DNA from: Laetmonice hystrix
Taxonomy: Eukaryota
DNA length: 64,000 nucleotides
NCBI GenBank assembly: GCA_965235115.1
Contig: OZ249440.1
Coordinates: 20,398,001-20,462,000, forward strand
Direction: 5' to 3'
Part shown: piece by piece, positions 26,017 to 37,892 of the stretch
Position numbering within the stretch: the first letter of the stretch is position 1
How the letters are laid out: every line of letters starts with the position of its first letter
Notes under the pieces: generated by a model
Seen by the model: only the letters and a program-made list of their open reading frames with translations
What the model was told of the DNA's origin: nothing
The model's database searches: none
Translations under genes and position numbers: made by a program

Positions 26017-28046
26017 AAAGACGCAGTGGCGCGATTTGCAGCCAACCGGAAGCAGTATTGATTGAACATTTCAGCAGACGACATTCCAGAGGTTGCCAGG
26101 GTAACACGATCCGTAAACATCACGACTTCATATCCCAAGTATATTATAAAGTGTGAAAGTATCTTTAAAATGTCTGTCAAGAGCTACCGTCCCTTGGTGG
26201 CCGAATGATACCTCGAATATCCGCCTGTCAACTATTAGAAGTCTTTAGAAGCCACCACCTTCATCTAGCCGGGGCAGAGTTCATGCTCCAATCAAAGCCC
26301 CGACATATATCATTTTCAGTGCATTATCCCCTTATCGTCTATTAAGAGGCGATAAGTTGACAGCTTTTGTCAGCAGTTGTCGAAATACCCAGTGGTAGTT
26401 GAGTTAGTTATTTGGAGCACTTTTGGCTGTTGGCCGCTTGGTTCGGGTTGAGGACAGAGCCGACAGGCGTGGCACAAAAGATGGTCCCCAAGAGGATGTC
26501 GTAAAAGCGAGGCGCTTAGACGGGAAGAATTTACTAAAAGATGTATGTTCGTGTGTTACCTGCTTGGCTAAAAAGCTTTTTGTTGTAACACAAAATGAAC
26601 GGAAATAGCCTCTTTGGCACTCGGTCAATGAACCTGTATAAGATTCGCCTTTGCTTGGGTACATCAGCATAATGCATACGTGTGTATCTGACTGTATACA
26701 ATCACTGACCTTATATTGGATCTTGATTCGGTTGTAAAACATTCCCTTGATTTTTGTGAATAATCTGAAAGCCGTATCGACGCTGTTTTCAACCATTGGG
26801 TGAACCTCCATTCTGTGAGTCTCTCAACATTTCCGAGTGTGCGTGCGGCTGTCAGGTTTAGTGGTGGGATCGTGTAATGACGTTAACATGTGTTGTCAGG
26901 CCACGTGCAGGGGAGGTGGCATCTTCGTGGTGACATTCTCTGAAAATGCACCTGAGATTTCTCCAAGGTCAAATGCCTGTGCGACTGGAGGTGATGTTAG
27001 CACGAGGAGGTGAGTCACTGACAGTAAAAAGGTGGGTGATATGGGAGTTCCCGGTCCATGTCCACCACCGCCTTGCAGTGTTCAGGGCCACTGAACACCT
27101 TCTGGGAGGCATTCGATACGCTGTTCACAGTTAATTTGTATTCCGGTCGTTGTTTCTCCTGAACTAGCGTATATTTATTGAATCTGGCTCCATAGCTCAA
27201 GTCGTAAGGTGCGACGTTTCTGGGATGAAATGGCAAACTGGTCAGGTCATAAAACAAAATAAAAAAGCAAAAACGTATATTTCTTTTAAACACCGGAAGC
27301 AATCAGATTGTTCTACGCTTATCTCTGTCAGGAGTTCTGTTGTACGTGCATGTTATATACAATGTCCGTTTTATCTTGAAAAGGAACATTTAGGCCTGGT
27401 ATCTGGTGGGTAGATGGCGTGTCACCTGGAGGGGCCCGATGGGCGCCAACCGCCAGTTCATGCGAGACACTGGCCTGTACACGATCTTCAGACCTGTCAC
27501 TGAGAAGATACATGGAGATACTTAAAGAGGAGAAATATCGATCTCCTTGGGACGAATAGACATTTCCTGTCCAAACGCCACTTGCAGCCGTCCTCATCTT
27601 CGCAACCAGCCCCGAGGTGCGCATGTTGAGACGTGAGTCTTGCCGGAAGTACGTCTGCCTTAAGCGTGACGCGGCATGTAGCTCTCTTTGTCTACGTTGA
27701 GCATCATGAATCGTGGGCGAACCTGACGGGAGAGGTGCACTATCACACTATAAAACACACTCGTATCTGAGCTCCAACAAAGCCTTGCTAGAGCTCGTTT
27801 CTGGTTGGGTACACCGGGCTTGTGAATCAATGTCAGCCCAAGGTCGCTTATACTAGAAGCATCGCCCGGTGGGTTGGTATTGACTGGTGGGCGATATTGA
27901 CTGTAATGGGCGGCTCATGCCAAAAGGGGCGTGTGACTTTGGATTATTCTGCCGGCATATACCACAATATGTGCGCGTTTGTGTTCTCACTTCCGTGCAT
28001 CCGTGATGACGAGAGGTGGCACTTACCTGTAGAACTGGTTGCAGCG

Positions 28047-28050
<4 letters not shown>

Positions 28051-28091
<41 letters not shown>
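28051..28091. repeat. (CT)n microsatellite
   Basis: About 20 uninterrupted CT units. Confidence 0.97.
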
Positions 28092-28093
<2 letters not shown>

Positions 28094-28869
28094 ATTTCCT
28101 CACGCTCACTTTCCTGTAGAAAAAACCTTCTTAAGGCATTCACTGAAGTTACTGAACACCTCCATGTCAAAGCTAAAAGGGTATATTTGCTTCAAATCCT
28201 TCACTGCCATTAGTCGACGGTATCTTATCTTGTATCACGTTTGGTTCGGATTTCTCTGTCGGTATAATAGTCAATGCACACTCTGTGACCCTGACTGTCG
28301 TATCTCGGGCTAGACTCCTCTCCTGCACCAGGCAGCCTGGCAGTCGAACGAGGTCCTTGGTGAAATCAGCCAAGCGCACTGTTCAGACTCAAAGTGCGGT
28401 GTAGGACACCTGAGACTATATAGCTTTGATCACGCCGGGCTTAATACAACAGAGAGACAAAAACACCATTGTTTTTTTAGTAGAGTTTCTGTAAGTAGCG
28501 AGTCTGTACTTGTGAAGAGTAAATGGTTTTAGAGCTCGTGCCAGAGAGCCTGGATATTGACCAAGAACCTTCAGGTAGGACCTCAAGGGACCTTTAAGGC
28601 GAGCATTTTCATTAATATTCTGTAGGACAGAAAGATGTTGACTGGCGAGAGACTGACTGACTTCAGCAAAAAACAGGTTGATACAGATGATTACTTCAGA
28701 AACTCATTGGAGGAACCAAACCTGGGGCAAGCAGAGATCTGGTCCAAGGGGGAAGGCTATGGCTAAGGCAGAGTGAAAGGTTAATGCCGAAATGCCCTAA
28801 TGTTGAATGTATTGGTAGGGATGTAATTTAAGGCAACGTAGAGCATGTGGAAAAATAAACTAAAATAAA

Positions 28870-29110
28870 GATTAAAATATGACATTTGGAATTTACCCAA
28901 TGCTATCCTGCCATCTGAGCCTGCAGTATAGTGTCTCTTAGATCATCCAGAAGTATCTGAAGTATTGCGTGTTCCCCTTCAATACGTCATGTGATTGACG
29001 ATGGGGATTGCAGGTCAAAGTGCAGTGTCGTCCATCTATTTAATATATGAAGGACAGACGGCACTAGTAACAGACGACTGGCCAAGTAATGACCGGGAGT
29101 CCAGCTGTTT
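28870..29110 (-). mobile_element. LINE (CR1/L2-like) RT relic
   Basis: Minus frames give YIK*MDDTAL (29018-29047, eroded YxDD catalytic motif). After a frameshift they give LQILLDDLRD...NSKCHIL (cf. LQxDLDxL..W...N.M.FN..KCKVL). Confidence 0.4.
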
Positions 29111-30749
29111 CCTCAACAGATGTCATCCTTTGTGACTCAATCCTCTTTCTATTGGCCGATCCTGTATAATATCGGCCACATAGAAAATATAACTCAACCG
29201 GATGCACTCAAATTTACCGGCTAGAACACAGGGTCGGATTCAGTGTTTTGGAAAGGCGGGGTCCAAGAGGGAAATCTGGCAAAAGGAGGCCCAACATGGT
29301 TAATTCACAAAGGCTCTATGTGAAAACAAAAAAAAAAGAAGAAAAATTGACACCAAGGCGGGACCTGACCCCCTCCCCCAAACTACTATTGGAATATAGT
29401 TCAGTAGGATCGCATGCACATAGAGGAAGCTAGACTCCCGTGAAGGAAGGAGCTCTGGCGGCTGGTAAAATGAGGAGCCAAGGCATTCAGTCTCTCATCA
29501 GTCAGACTGCACCGTACAGCTTGAGGATACAACCATTAATTTAGGTCGCATGGAGCATGCCCAATTGATGCTAGGCTCGGAGAATGCGGCCCGTTAGACA
29601 GGTCATGGTTGCCATGGGTTCCCGGATACGGATGTTAAACTCAGTGGCGATCCGAAGATGTCGTCAGGTGCATGTTCAATGGGGTTCACCTCCCAAGTCA
29701 TTATCACCCAGAGCCGAGTCGTACGGATGGGCATGCCATCAGAACCGTCGCCAAGTACATCGCCACGGTGATAGATACAGCCCTTGTCTCCCAACCACTA
29801 ACAAGCACAATCCACTTCCGGCGTTTGGACAGCCGACCAATCCGGAATGAGACCATCCAGGATCTAGAAGCATGACGTCCTGTCAACTCGTCGGCCTAAG
29901 TCCCTGATTATATCCGAATGAAGGCTGTACAAAGCTACACTAATGGAGGCATATCTATATAGGAAATCCTGAACTTTGAGTTTTTCAGAAAAGGTCGAGT
30001 TTTCTTTAAGCCTTTCATCGCTGTATGGACAATCATGTCACGTTTTACGGGTGCGTTATAAGTACCCATTTAAACCCCTTCTAACGGCGACAGAAGAATT
30101 CCTATCATAATTACAGGGACACGGTATCCTTGAGAGATAATGATCAGTCAGTATTTTTGTCTGAGTCTAGTTGATAGGTTAAGATACATTTGAGGTGATC
30201 TCAGTACAAGTACGTTTTGTCCGTGTGCAATGTCATGTCGAGTTCCAATATTTTGTATAGATCTGGGTTAGTTCGAACAGATGTCGATGTAACAGGTGGT
30301 GCTATGACTGTAGAAGAGTCAGCGGTGAAACTATGCACTAGGAATTTATCAAGGAAAACTGGATGTAATGTATCATCACCCAGTCATCATGTAATGTCCA
30401 TACAGTACCAGCGGTTACAGAGTGAAGAATAGTTATCTGTTCTTAGTCGTTTTAGATATAACATTGGTGTTAAGAGTAGCTTTATGAGGGATAAGATAGT
30501 AGAAATGTCAATGAAAAGTTAACCGGTTCGCATTACCAGAGGCTGCTCTGCACTTTAGATATAGAGCTTCTAAAATGGTCTTCATCATCACGACAAATGG
30601 ACTGAATATATGGAAAGATTTTGTCTTACCCTGAAGATGACCAACAGAGTCCGACTAGGCAAAACCCCGCCAATTTACCGACTCATTAAAATGTTCAGAG
30701 TGACGTCAGTTAAAAAAACCTTAATGACCTATAGAAGCATTGTGTTATC

Positions 30750-31068
30750 CAGTGGTGTAGGAAAGGGAAAAATGGGGGGAGGGGCGGAATTTTCTACGAG
30801 TGACTTCACGATGACTTAGGCCAACGGCTCTGGATTGAGCCTGTGATCATTTTGATGTGCAGTGGGGTCGGTGGCGGTTGGGGTTTGATTTTCAATTGGC
30901 GTTGGTTTGATTTTCAATGGGCGTTAGTTCGTTTAAGTTCCAAATTAGGAGGTTTGATGAGAAGCAGGAAATCCATATTGTCGGGGGAAGAATGGCATTT
31001 CTTCTCCCCCCGTATAAATATTGGAGGGGGGCAGCAGCCCCCTCTGCCCCCAGCTTCCTACGCCACTG
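30750..31068. mobile_element. MITE-like non-autonomous DNA transposon
   Basis: Terminal inverted repeats CAGTGGTGTAGGAA (30750) and TTCCTACGCCACTG (ends 31068) match at 13/14. A G/C-run subterminal hairpin GGGGGCAGCAGCCCCC is present. No TSD seen. Confidence 0.7.
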
Positions 31069-31559
31069 CAGAATCTTCGAAGAGATAGATTGACCCTTTA
31101 CCATAGAATCCTGCGATGCTATCGCCAAAGATACTTTGACTTGAAAAAGGCATTTCATAGCATTGGCGAACAAGCCATCTACGAACATAATATTGAATGC
31201 AGTCTATGCAAAATGCAGTACGCCTGCTTTTGGCTCGGTGAATCCCATTTGGGGTACATTATATCTTTTTTAAAAGAACAAAGTAAAAGTTGAAACGGGT
31301 TGAAAATACGTGGTCAGGTGTCAGACAGGGGCATAGAATACTCCAAGTATTGATGTACATTCCGGGACTAATTGGTCAATCGGCCGGTGACATAGTGTCT
31401 GGGTGTAAGAGGTTGGGAGGTCCTTTTTCCCTGCTTAGACCAGAACCACTATAAGACCATGCCTTTACAAAGTATATGTCTTAACTCAAGAACGAAACTT
31501 GCACAGATGGGCGCCTTGAATGAATACAAATGTTATGTTGGCGTAGGATCTATGTCCTG

Positions 31560-31990
31560 TAATTGATCTATTTTCTGACCAACCTAAGGGCACTCATACA
31601 ACCGACAAACTTTTTATTCTGGCGATGGACGCTGACAAGAGTGAGGTTGAACGGGGTATTAATCTCTGGAGACGTTGCCTTTGGGTATACTATTATACTG
31701 GGCCTTTGGAAGCAGGTAGGGCGTGTGAAGTTTAACCTTATAGTGGTTAGGTCAGGGCCGAGTGGCTGTCGCTTTTGACCATATGGGGTCAAGGGTGACC
31801 GGTGACCACCGCGGTGGGCGCACGTGGTGAGTGTGAGCGATAATGGGGTTAATGAATCGTACCTGTCTGTCTAGGAGGGGGGCTTGAAGTGAGGGACAAA
31901 CAACAGAGGTATGTTTACGGGACAGCTGGCCGAGTCTGGTGGCTTCACGCTGTGGGAATAATATGTCACTGTGTCTGACCACCTAAGGCT
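31560..31990 (-). mobile_element. Possible LINE APE-endonuclease/linker relic
   Basis: HHVRPPRWSPVTLDPIWS resembles Q.V..PTR...TLDLI.T, and PHMVKSDSHSAL resembles P.GKSDH..V. Frames are broken. Confidence 0.28.
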
Positions 31991-33115
31991 GACACAGCAC
32001 GGTGGGACACAGCAGTCGAGATGTACTCTGGTCGACCGAGACCCTGCACAGTTATCATATACGGATACTGGGTAGACATATTTTCTTCTGACTGGCAAGA
32101 CGTGACATCAGCAGTTACTTCAGGCCCACCAATTATTTCTGTGACGTGAGTGCAGAAATCAAGACTAGCGTCTGATCTGTGGAGTTCTCCCAGAAAACTC
32201 GCTGCTATGGAAATCAGAATGAGAAAAAATGAAGTTATAGGCCTATCAGGTTAGCTGTAGGTGTATGTGTAATAAATGTGTGACTTGTGTGTACGTACAC
32301 ACCTATGCGTGCATTAAAGATGTTTAAAAGTATTTCATTTGACCTGGAGTTATTACACGTCTCGAGTCTACAATATATAAACATTATATGTGCTTTTGTA
32401 CGGCTACGTATACAAGTATACAACTTATGTATGGGCTGAATATACATTTGCGTGTCCGTATCCATGGATATATGAATCTATATGTATGTTAGTATGCACA
32501 TAAGTTGCAAGCAGGTGTGCAGGTAGTTATCGTGAGGAGGGGAGGCGCTGGTATTGGCAGATAGATTGATAAATAAGTGGAGAGGTAAGTAGATGAGTTT
32601 ATGGGCTGTGTGTTGAAGCGACGACCATCTGCGCGCTGAGCTACACCCTACCGGGCAGACACGTTTTTCCTCGATTCTCTCAAATATCAGATTCCGTCTT
32701 CCGAGGCTTGATGGGCATAACGTCTGCTTTGCTCAATGCAGCTCGACTCCGTACCATGTTACCTGTCTGTCATTGTCTAGGGATATGATGGGAAAGGTCT
32801 AGCATTTTATCAGGGAATAATCGCGGTGAGAATGGAGGCAAAATGAGACAATCAACGAATCTTATTTCAGTTTAAATACAGGTATTACCATTATCAGTTA
32901 AGTTGCCAGGTATAAGGTATACCATGAAATAACAAGAAGCAAAATCTAGTAAAAACCTTAATAGGTTGGCTGGATTTTAAAATGTAGAAAAAAGTCCATT
33001 TCGCATGACTGCCATGTGTTGCTGACGAATTGGTCGTGGAAGACTTGTTTGTGTTTGGCGGAGCTGACGGTGGGGGCAGGTGTTCATCAGTCGAAGTTTT
33101 CGGTTTCACTTTGGT

Positions 33116-34157
33116 CGTAGTGGTGTTCTGTTCATACCAGGCTCTTCTACCACACCGTCTGACGTCAAAACGTAGTAGTGGTGTTCTGTTCATACCAGGC
33201 TCTTCTACCACACCGTCTGACGTCAAAACGTAGTAGTGGTGTTCTGTTCATACCAGGCTCTCCTACCACACCGTCTGACGTCAAAACGTAGTAGTGGTGT
33301 TCTGTTCATACCAGGCTCTTCTACCACACCCTCTGACGTCAAAACGTAGTAGTGGTGTTCTTTCATACCAGGCTCTTCTACCACACCGTCTGACGTCAAA
33401 ACGTAGTAGTGGTGTTCTGTTCATACCAGGCTCTTCCACCACACCGTCTGACGTCAAAACGTAGTAGTGGTGTTCTGTTCATACCAGGCTCTTCTACCAC
33501 ACCCTCTGACGTCAAAACATAGTAGTGGTGTTCTGTTCATACCAGGCTCTTCTACCACACCGTCTGACGTCAAAACATAGTAGTGGTGTTCTGTTCATAC
33601 CAGGCTCTTCTACCACACCGTCTGACGTCAAAACGTAGTAGTGGTGTTCTGTTCATACCAGGCTCTTCTACCACACCGTCTGACGTCAAAACATAGTAGT
33701 GGTGTTCTGTTCATACCAGGCTCTTCTACCACACCGTCTGACGTCAAAACGTAGTAGTGGTGTTCTGTTCATGCCAGGCTCTCCTACCACACCGTCTGAC
33801 GTCAAAACGTAGTAGTGGTGTTCTGTTCATACCAGGCTCTTCTACCACACCGTCTGACGTCAAAACGTAGTAGTGGTGTTCTGTTCATACCAGGCTCTTC
33901 TACCACACCGTCTGACGTCAAAACATAGTAGTGGTGTTCTGTTCATACCAGGCTCTTCTACCACACCGTCTGACGTCAAAACGTAGTAGTGGTGTTCTGT
34001 TCATACCAGGCTCTTCTACCACACCGTCTGACGTCAAAACGTAGTAGTGGTGTTCTGTTCATACCAGGCTCTTCTACCACACCGTCTGACGTCAAAACAT
34101 AGTAGTGGTGTTCTGTTCATACCAGGCTCTTCTACCACACCGTCTGACGTCAAAACA
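33116..34157. repeat. Minisatellite, 58-bp unit, 18 copies
   Basis: Unit AAAACGTAGTAGTGGTGTTCTGTTCATACCAGGCTCTTCTACCACACCGTCTGACGTC. TGACGTCA recurs from 33160 to 34145, and one unit is 57 bp. Confidence 0.99.
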
Positions 34158-35419
34158 ATTATTTACGCTCTCCTTGACATACTCCCCCTCGAATCATTGC
34201 TGGCCAAAATGTTTTTAATTCTAAACGGTCCAACTTGTAGACGCAGGTTTTAGTTTCATGTAATTGCTGTGTACAATACTACAACCCATGCATGAGGTCT
34301 GTGTGGTTCTTTATATACCAGGTAAACACTGACTTTTACTGTGATAATAATGTCGTAATGTCTTCATGGAGAATAAAACCAGATATTTTTGGTAAATATA
34401 AATATGACGAAGTAAGCGGTAGGTCATTATTATGTGCCATAAGAAGTGAAAAAAAAAACTTTTTCACTTCAGGTATGACTGTAATTGTAAGTGCATTACC
34501 CACAAGCTGCAATTTGTCACTCCTAAATATGTTTATTAACTTTTTATTAAAGGACCTTATTTTCTGAACATACTTTTTGACTTTGTAAATCGGAAAATAC
34601 TGAATGGTGTGGCATCTAAACGTGGTAGTGACACGGGACTTGACTTCGCATAAGTCAAGTCGTTTTCCAGCATTAATAACAGAAGATTGTCATTTTAAGT
34701 TGGCATAGTTACAGAGCACGTGATCCGGTCCGAGGCAAACACGCTTACATGAAGGGCGGTCTTTGACAGTGGAACTGTAAACCTGTATTTTGCCATATCT
34801 TTCTGGTTTGGCTCTTGGCGTTTTAAACAGCCGTCGGCTTCAGCCTACCTGTTGACTGGTCGGGCATCCACGTTTGGAGAGGCCATTAAGGAGTGCTAGC
34901 TGATGGTTCTGATAAGACATCCGAACACACAGGAGAGGGGGGCGCCATGCACCTGTGCCCACCGCAAGGGAAGATCACGGTCAGTGGTTGACGAAACGTC
35001 ACCAGTTCAAAAAAAACACACATCCCTGAAAAGATAAAGAGAGCTTACCCGCCCTCTTGAAAGGAAAAGAGGAAGCAACTCACATAGAGAGATACTGGGA
35101 GGCAGACACCCTGTCATGCCACAGTATCTGAATCAGATAGTAGCAGGGTTATTACTTCAGAAGCGTAGGTCAACTAGCCACCCCAGAACACGACCGGGCG
35201 GCCAAGAATCGTGTCAAGAAGTAGTTAAGTGCAATCAGATCAGAGATGTGTTCCCTTAGGCCACGTGGTTTCATGTGTCACGTGACGTCTGGACTGGCTT
35301 ATTATCTAGGATAGACTGTGAAAATTTCTGGTCCTCAACCATTGGACACTTATGACACAGACGCTGAACAGGCCTTAAAGAGGGTGCTGACATTTAAAGC
35401 TTCTACAAGGAATTCTTTT

Positions 35420-36230
35420 AGAACAATACGTTTTGGTCAGAAATGAACGACATGTTCCACTCCGGTGTGACCACACAGAACCATTTCTCTCTGACCTCAT
35501 TCGGCATTCTTGTATAACTTGGAACTCTCAGCAGTGCCTTGCAATAAATTACTTGTTTACATTTTAGAGTCAGTTGGTGCCGTAGCATCGTATGGACCAC
35601 CGGAGGTAGGTCCCAAACAAACCGTGATATGGCCCATTGTGGCATCGCGGCGCGCAATGTGCCATGTTCACATCAAGCCGCCACTGTGCCATCTCCAATC
35701 TCGCGGACCGAAAGATACGACCGGTTGGAGCAGGTGTCACGACCCGTGCTAACGAAAGTCTCAATCGACTGAGATAAACTTGGGATGCATGAGTTCGGTA
35801 ATAGTTTATGACAGTCGTAGAGGTCTTGGAGGGGAAGCTGAGTAGCAGTACAAGCCGTCTAAGGTTACAAGACCAGACGACTTGTGTACATACCGTCCTC
35901 TCTAAACTATAGACAAACCGAATTTCTGTCGTCGAAACAAGTGATACGACTGATACGCCAACGCAAAACTTTGGGCGTTCTTGTTCCACAGGCTCGTGTT
36001 TATAGTCCCTGTTTATACCTGGGTTTATTGGCAGCTGTGTGCAAACAATAATATCGCATCGTTTTTCCCAACTGCTCATTATACAAGTATGTTCAAGTAC
36101 CAGTGGGTCCCTCCCACACTCAGTCGGTCTTCCTTATCTATGTTCAGATTCCGTCGGTGCCAGATAAGCAGCAATATTTCTGACACGGTTCTTCGACCAT
36201 GGTCCCCTGACGCGGACGTCCATGCCTATC
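35420..36230 (-). mobile_element. L2-clade LINE relic (RT end and C-terminal region)
   Basis: ORF 35570..36079 and ORF 35418..35657 give, in L2 order: MSSW..QLPINPG, CVGVSVVSLVS..IRFVYSLERTVCTQVVWSCNLRRL, THASQVYLSRL (cf. HAFVxSRLDY), YCKAL and LLRVPSYTR...KWFCVVTPEWN (cf. LLxVPRTRT..G.RAFSVAAPxLWN). Confidence 0.55.
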
Positions 36231-37473
36231 TCAGCACTCTTAGCTGAGAGACCTTTCTGAAGCTGTAGGAAATTCGGCACGCCTTTATCTTATCTATGCT
36301 GTGAATGTAGCTGGCCTGTTGGCGGTGGGAGAACACGGTTAACTGGTTCGATCCAAGCAACTCGAGTCCGTCCGTTAAACATAGAATGGCCGCTGCGTGG
36401 CCTTCTAGTGTCACTCGCGCTGAGCGGGATATGAGAAGGTGCCCCAAAGCTTGCCAGACGAGGCCTAAGTTACAGACAGTTGCTGCTGTTTTCGTATCAA
36501 GTTATCTCAGGAGTGTGTTATTTCTCGCTCTTGTAATATAAGATGGTAAGTTTGAAGCAGACGGAAGCTGGGATGAAAGAAATTCTTTGGACAGTGAGTA
36601 TGCCGCCAGACTCGTAGATCCTCTACAGCTTTAGCCTACTCTGCCCAAAATAATTATGTTTGGTCAAAAATGTCGAGACGTGTAGATAAGTCGACTTTTC
36701 AGGTCTGTTGGCGCATAAACCGGAAGTGATCATTGTCTAACCGGAAGTGATCGTCTATTAACACTGTCTTACATGCTGACAAATCGCAATAATAGATCTT
36801 GTAGAGATTCCTAGGTTCAGAATGCGAGAATGGTCAAAGTTCGACCCATTGGACATTTGATGTGTTTTGGTTGGTTTAAGAGGTTATAGCAATGTTCAGC
36901 CTTACCTAGGATGTTTTAACTCTGCTGGTGTTGTTCCGAGTGCCGCACTAATTAGGTATCTATGGAATCCCCAGTGACGTGCCGACCATATTGCACTGTT
37001 CTCGAGGATTGAGCGAGTGCCAATTTGGGGGAAGCCCTTGCGGGCACCTGAAGAGTAAAGAGGTGTTAGAAAGGATAGAACAGACCCTGAGGCAATGGGT
37101 AACGAGGCCATTGTAGGTCTACCCGTGACTGGCGAGGGGTTTCGGGAACCACCATGGGCCTGATTCTTATCATCCTTTTATTAAGATATCATACGGACCG
37201 GCCGTGCACTACGTCTGACCCAGTCATTATGTATGGGATCCGAATGGATACATCGCCAGAATCTGACAGCTCTATCTAGTGAACGGTCGGTTCTCCTGTC
37301 ACACCGTCAACAGTTTCTGTCCCCGCCTCCTCTACCTTATCACTCAGCTTGGATCTTTTAAGTCCCTCCGATTAATCTGTGTAAAGAAAGACTCTCCCAA
37401 GGCGAAGTCCGGGCGGCGCCCTGAGGACATGGTGGGTTGGTGAAATCGTGTTCCATCAGGACCTAGCACCCGG

Positions 37474-37892
37474 TCGGCCGGGGTAGGCGCCTGGAGCCTG
37501 GCAATACGGCCGGGAGGCCAGGGTAGGCGCCTGGAGCCTGGTAATACGGCCGGGAGGCCGGGGTAGGCGCCTGGAGCCTGGTAATACGGCCGGGAGGCCG
37601 GGGTAGGCGCCTGGAGCCTGGTAATACGGCCGGGAGGCCGGGGTAGGCGCCTGGAGCCTGGTAATACGGCCGGGAGGCCGGGGTAGGCGCCTGGGGCCTA
37701 GTAATACGGCCGGGAGGCCGGGGTAGGCGCCTGGTAATACGGCCGGGAGGCCGGGGTAGGCGCCTGGAGCCTGGTAATACGGCCGGGAGGCCGGGGTAGG
37801 CGCCTGGAGCCTGGTAATACGGCCGGGAGGCCGGGGTAGGCGCCTGGAGCCTGGTCATACGGCCGGGGGGCCGGGGTAGGCGCCTGGAGCCT
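37474..37892. repeat. GC-rich minisatellite, 40-bp unit, about 10.5 copies
   Basis: Unit GGGTAGGCGCCTGGAGCCTGGTAATACGGCCGGGAGGCCG at 37561, 37601, 37641 and onward. One unit has an 8-bp deletion near 37730. Confidence 0.98.

Noticed and set aside
26404-26811. 135 aa ORF with faint NACHT-like FCVTTKS
   Set aside because: Insufficient motif support.
29230-29420. CAGGGTCGGATTCAG start resembling the 54-kb MITE end
   Set aside because: No matching right terminal repeat could be identified.
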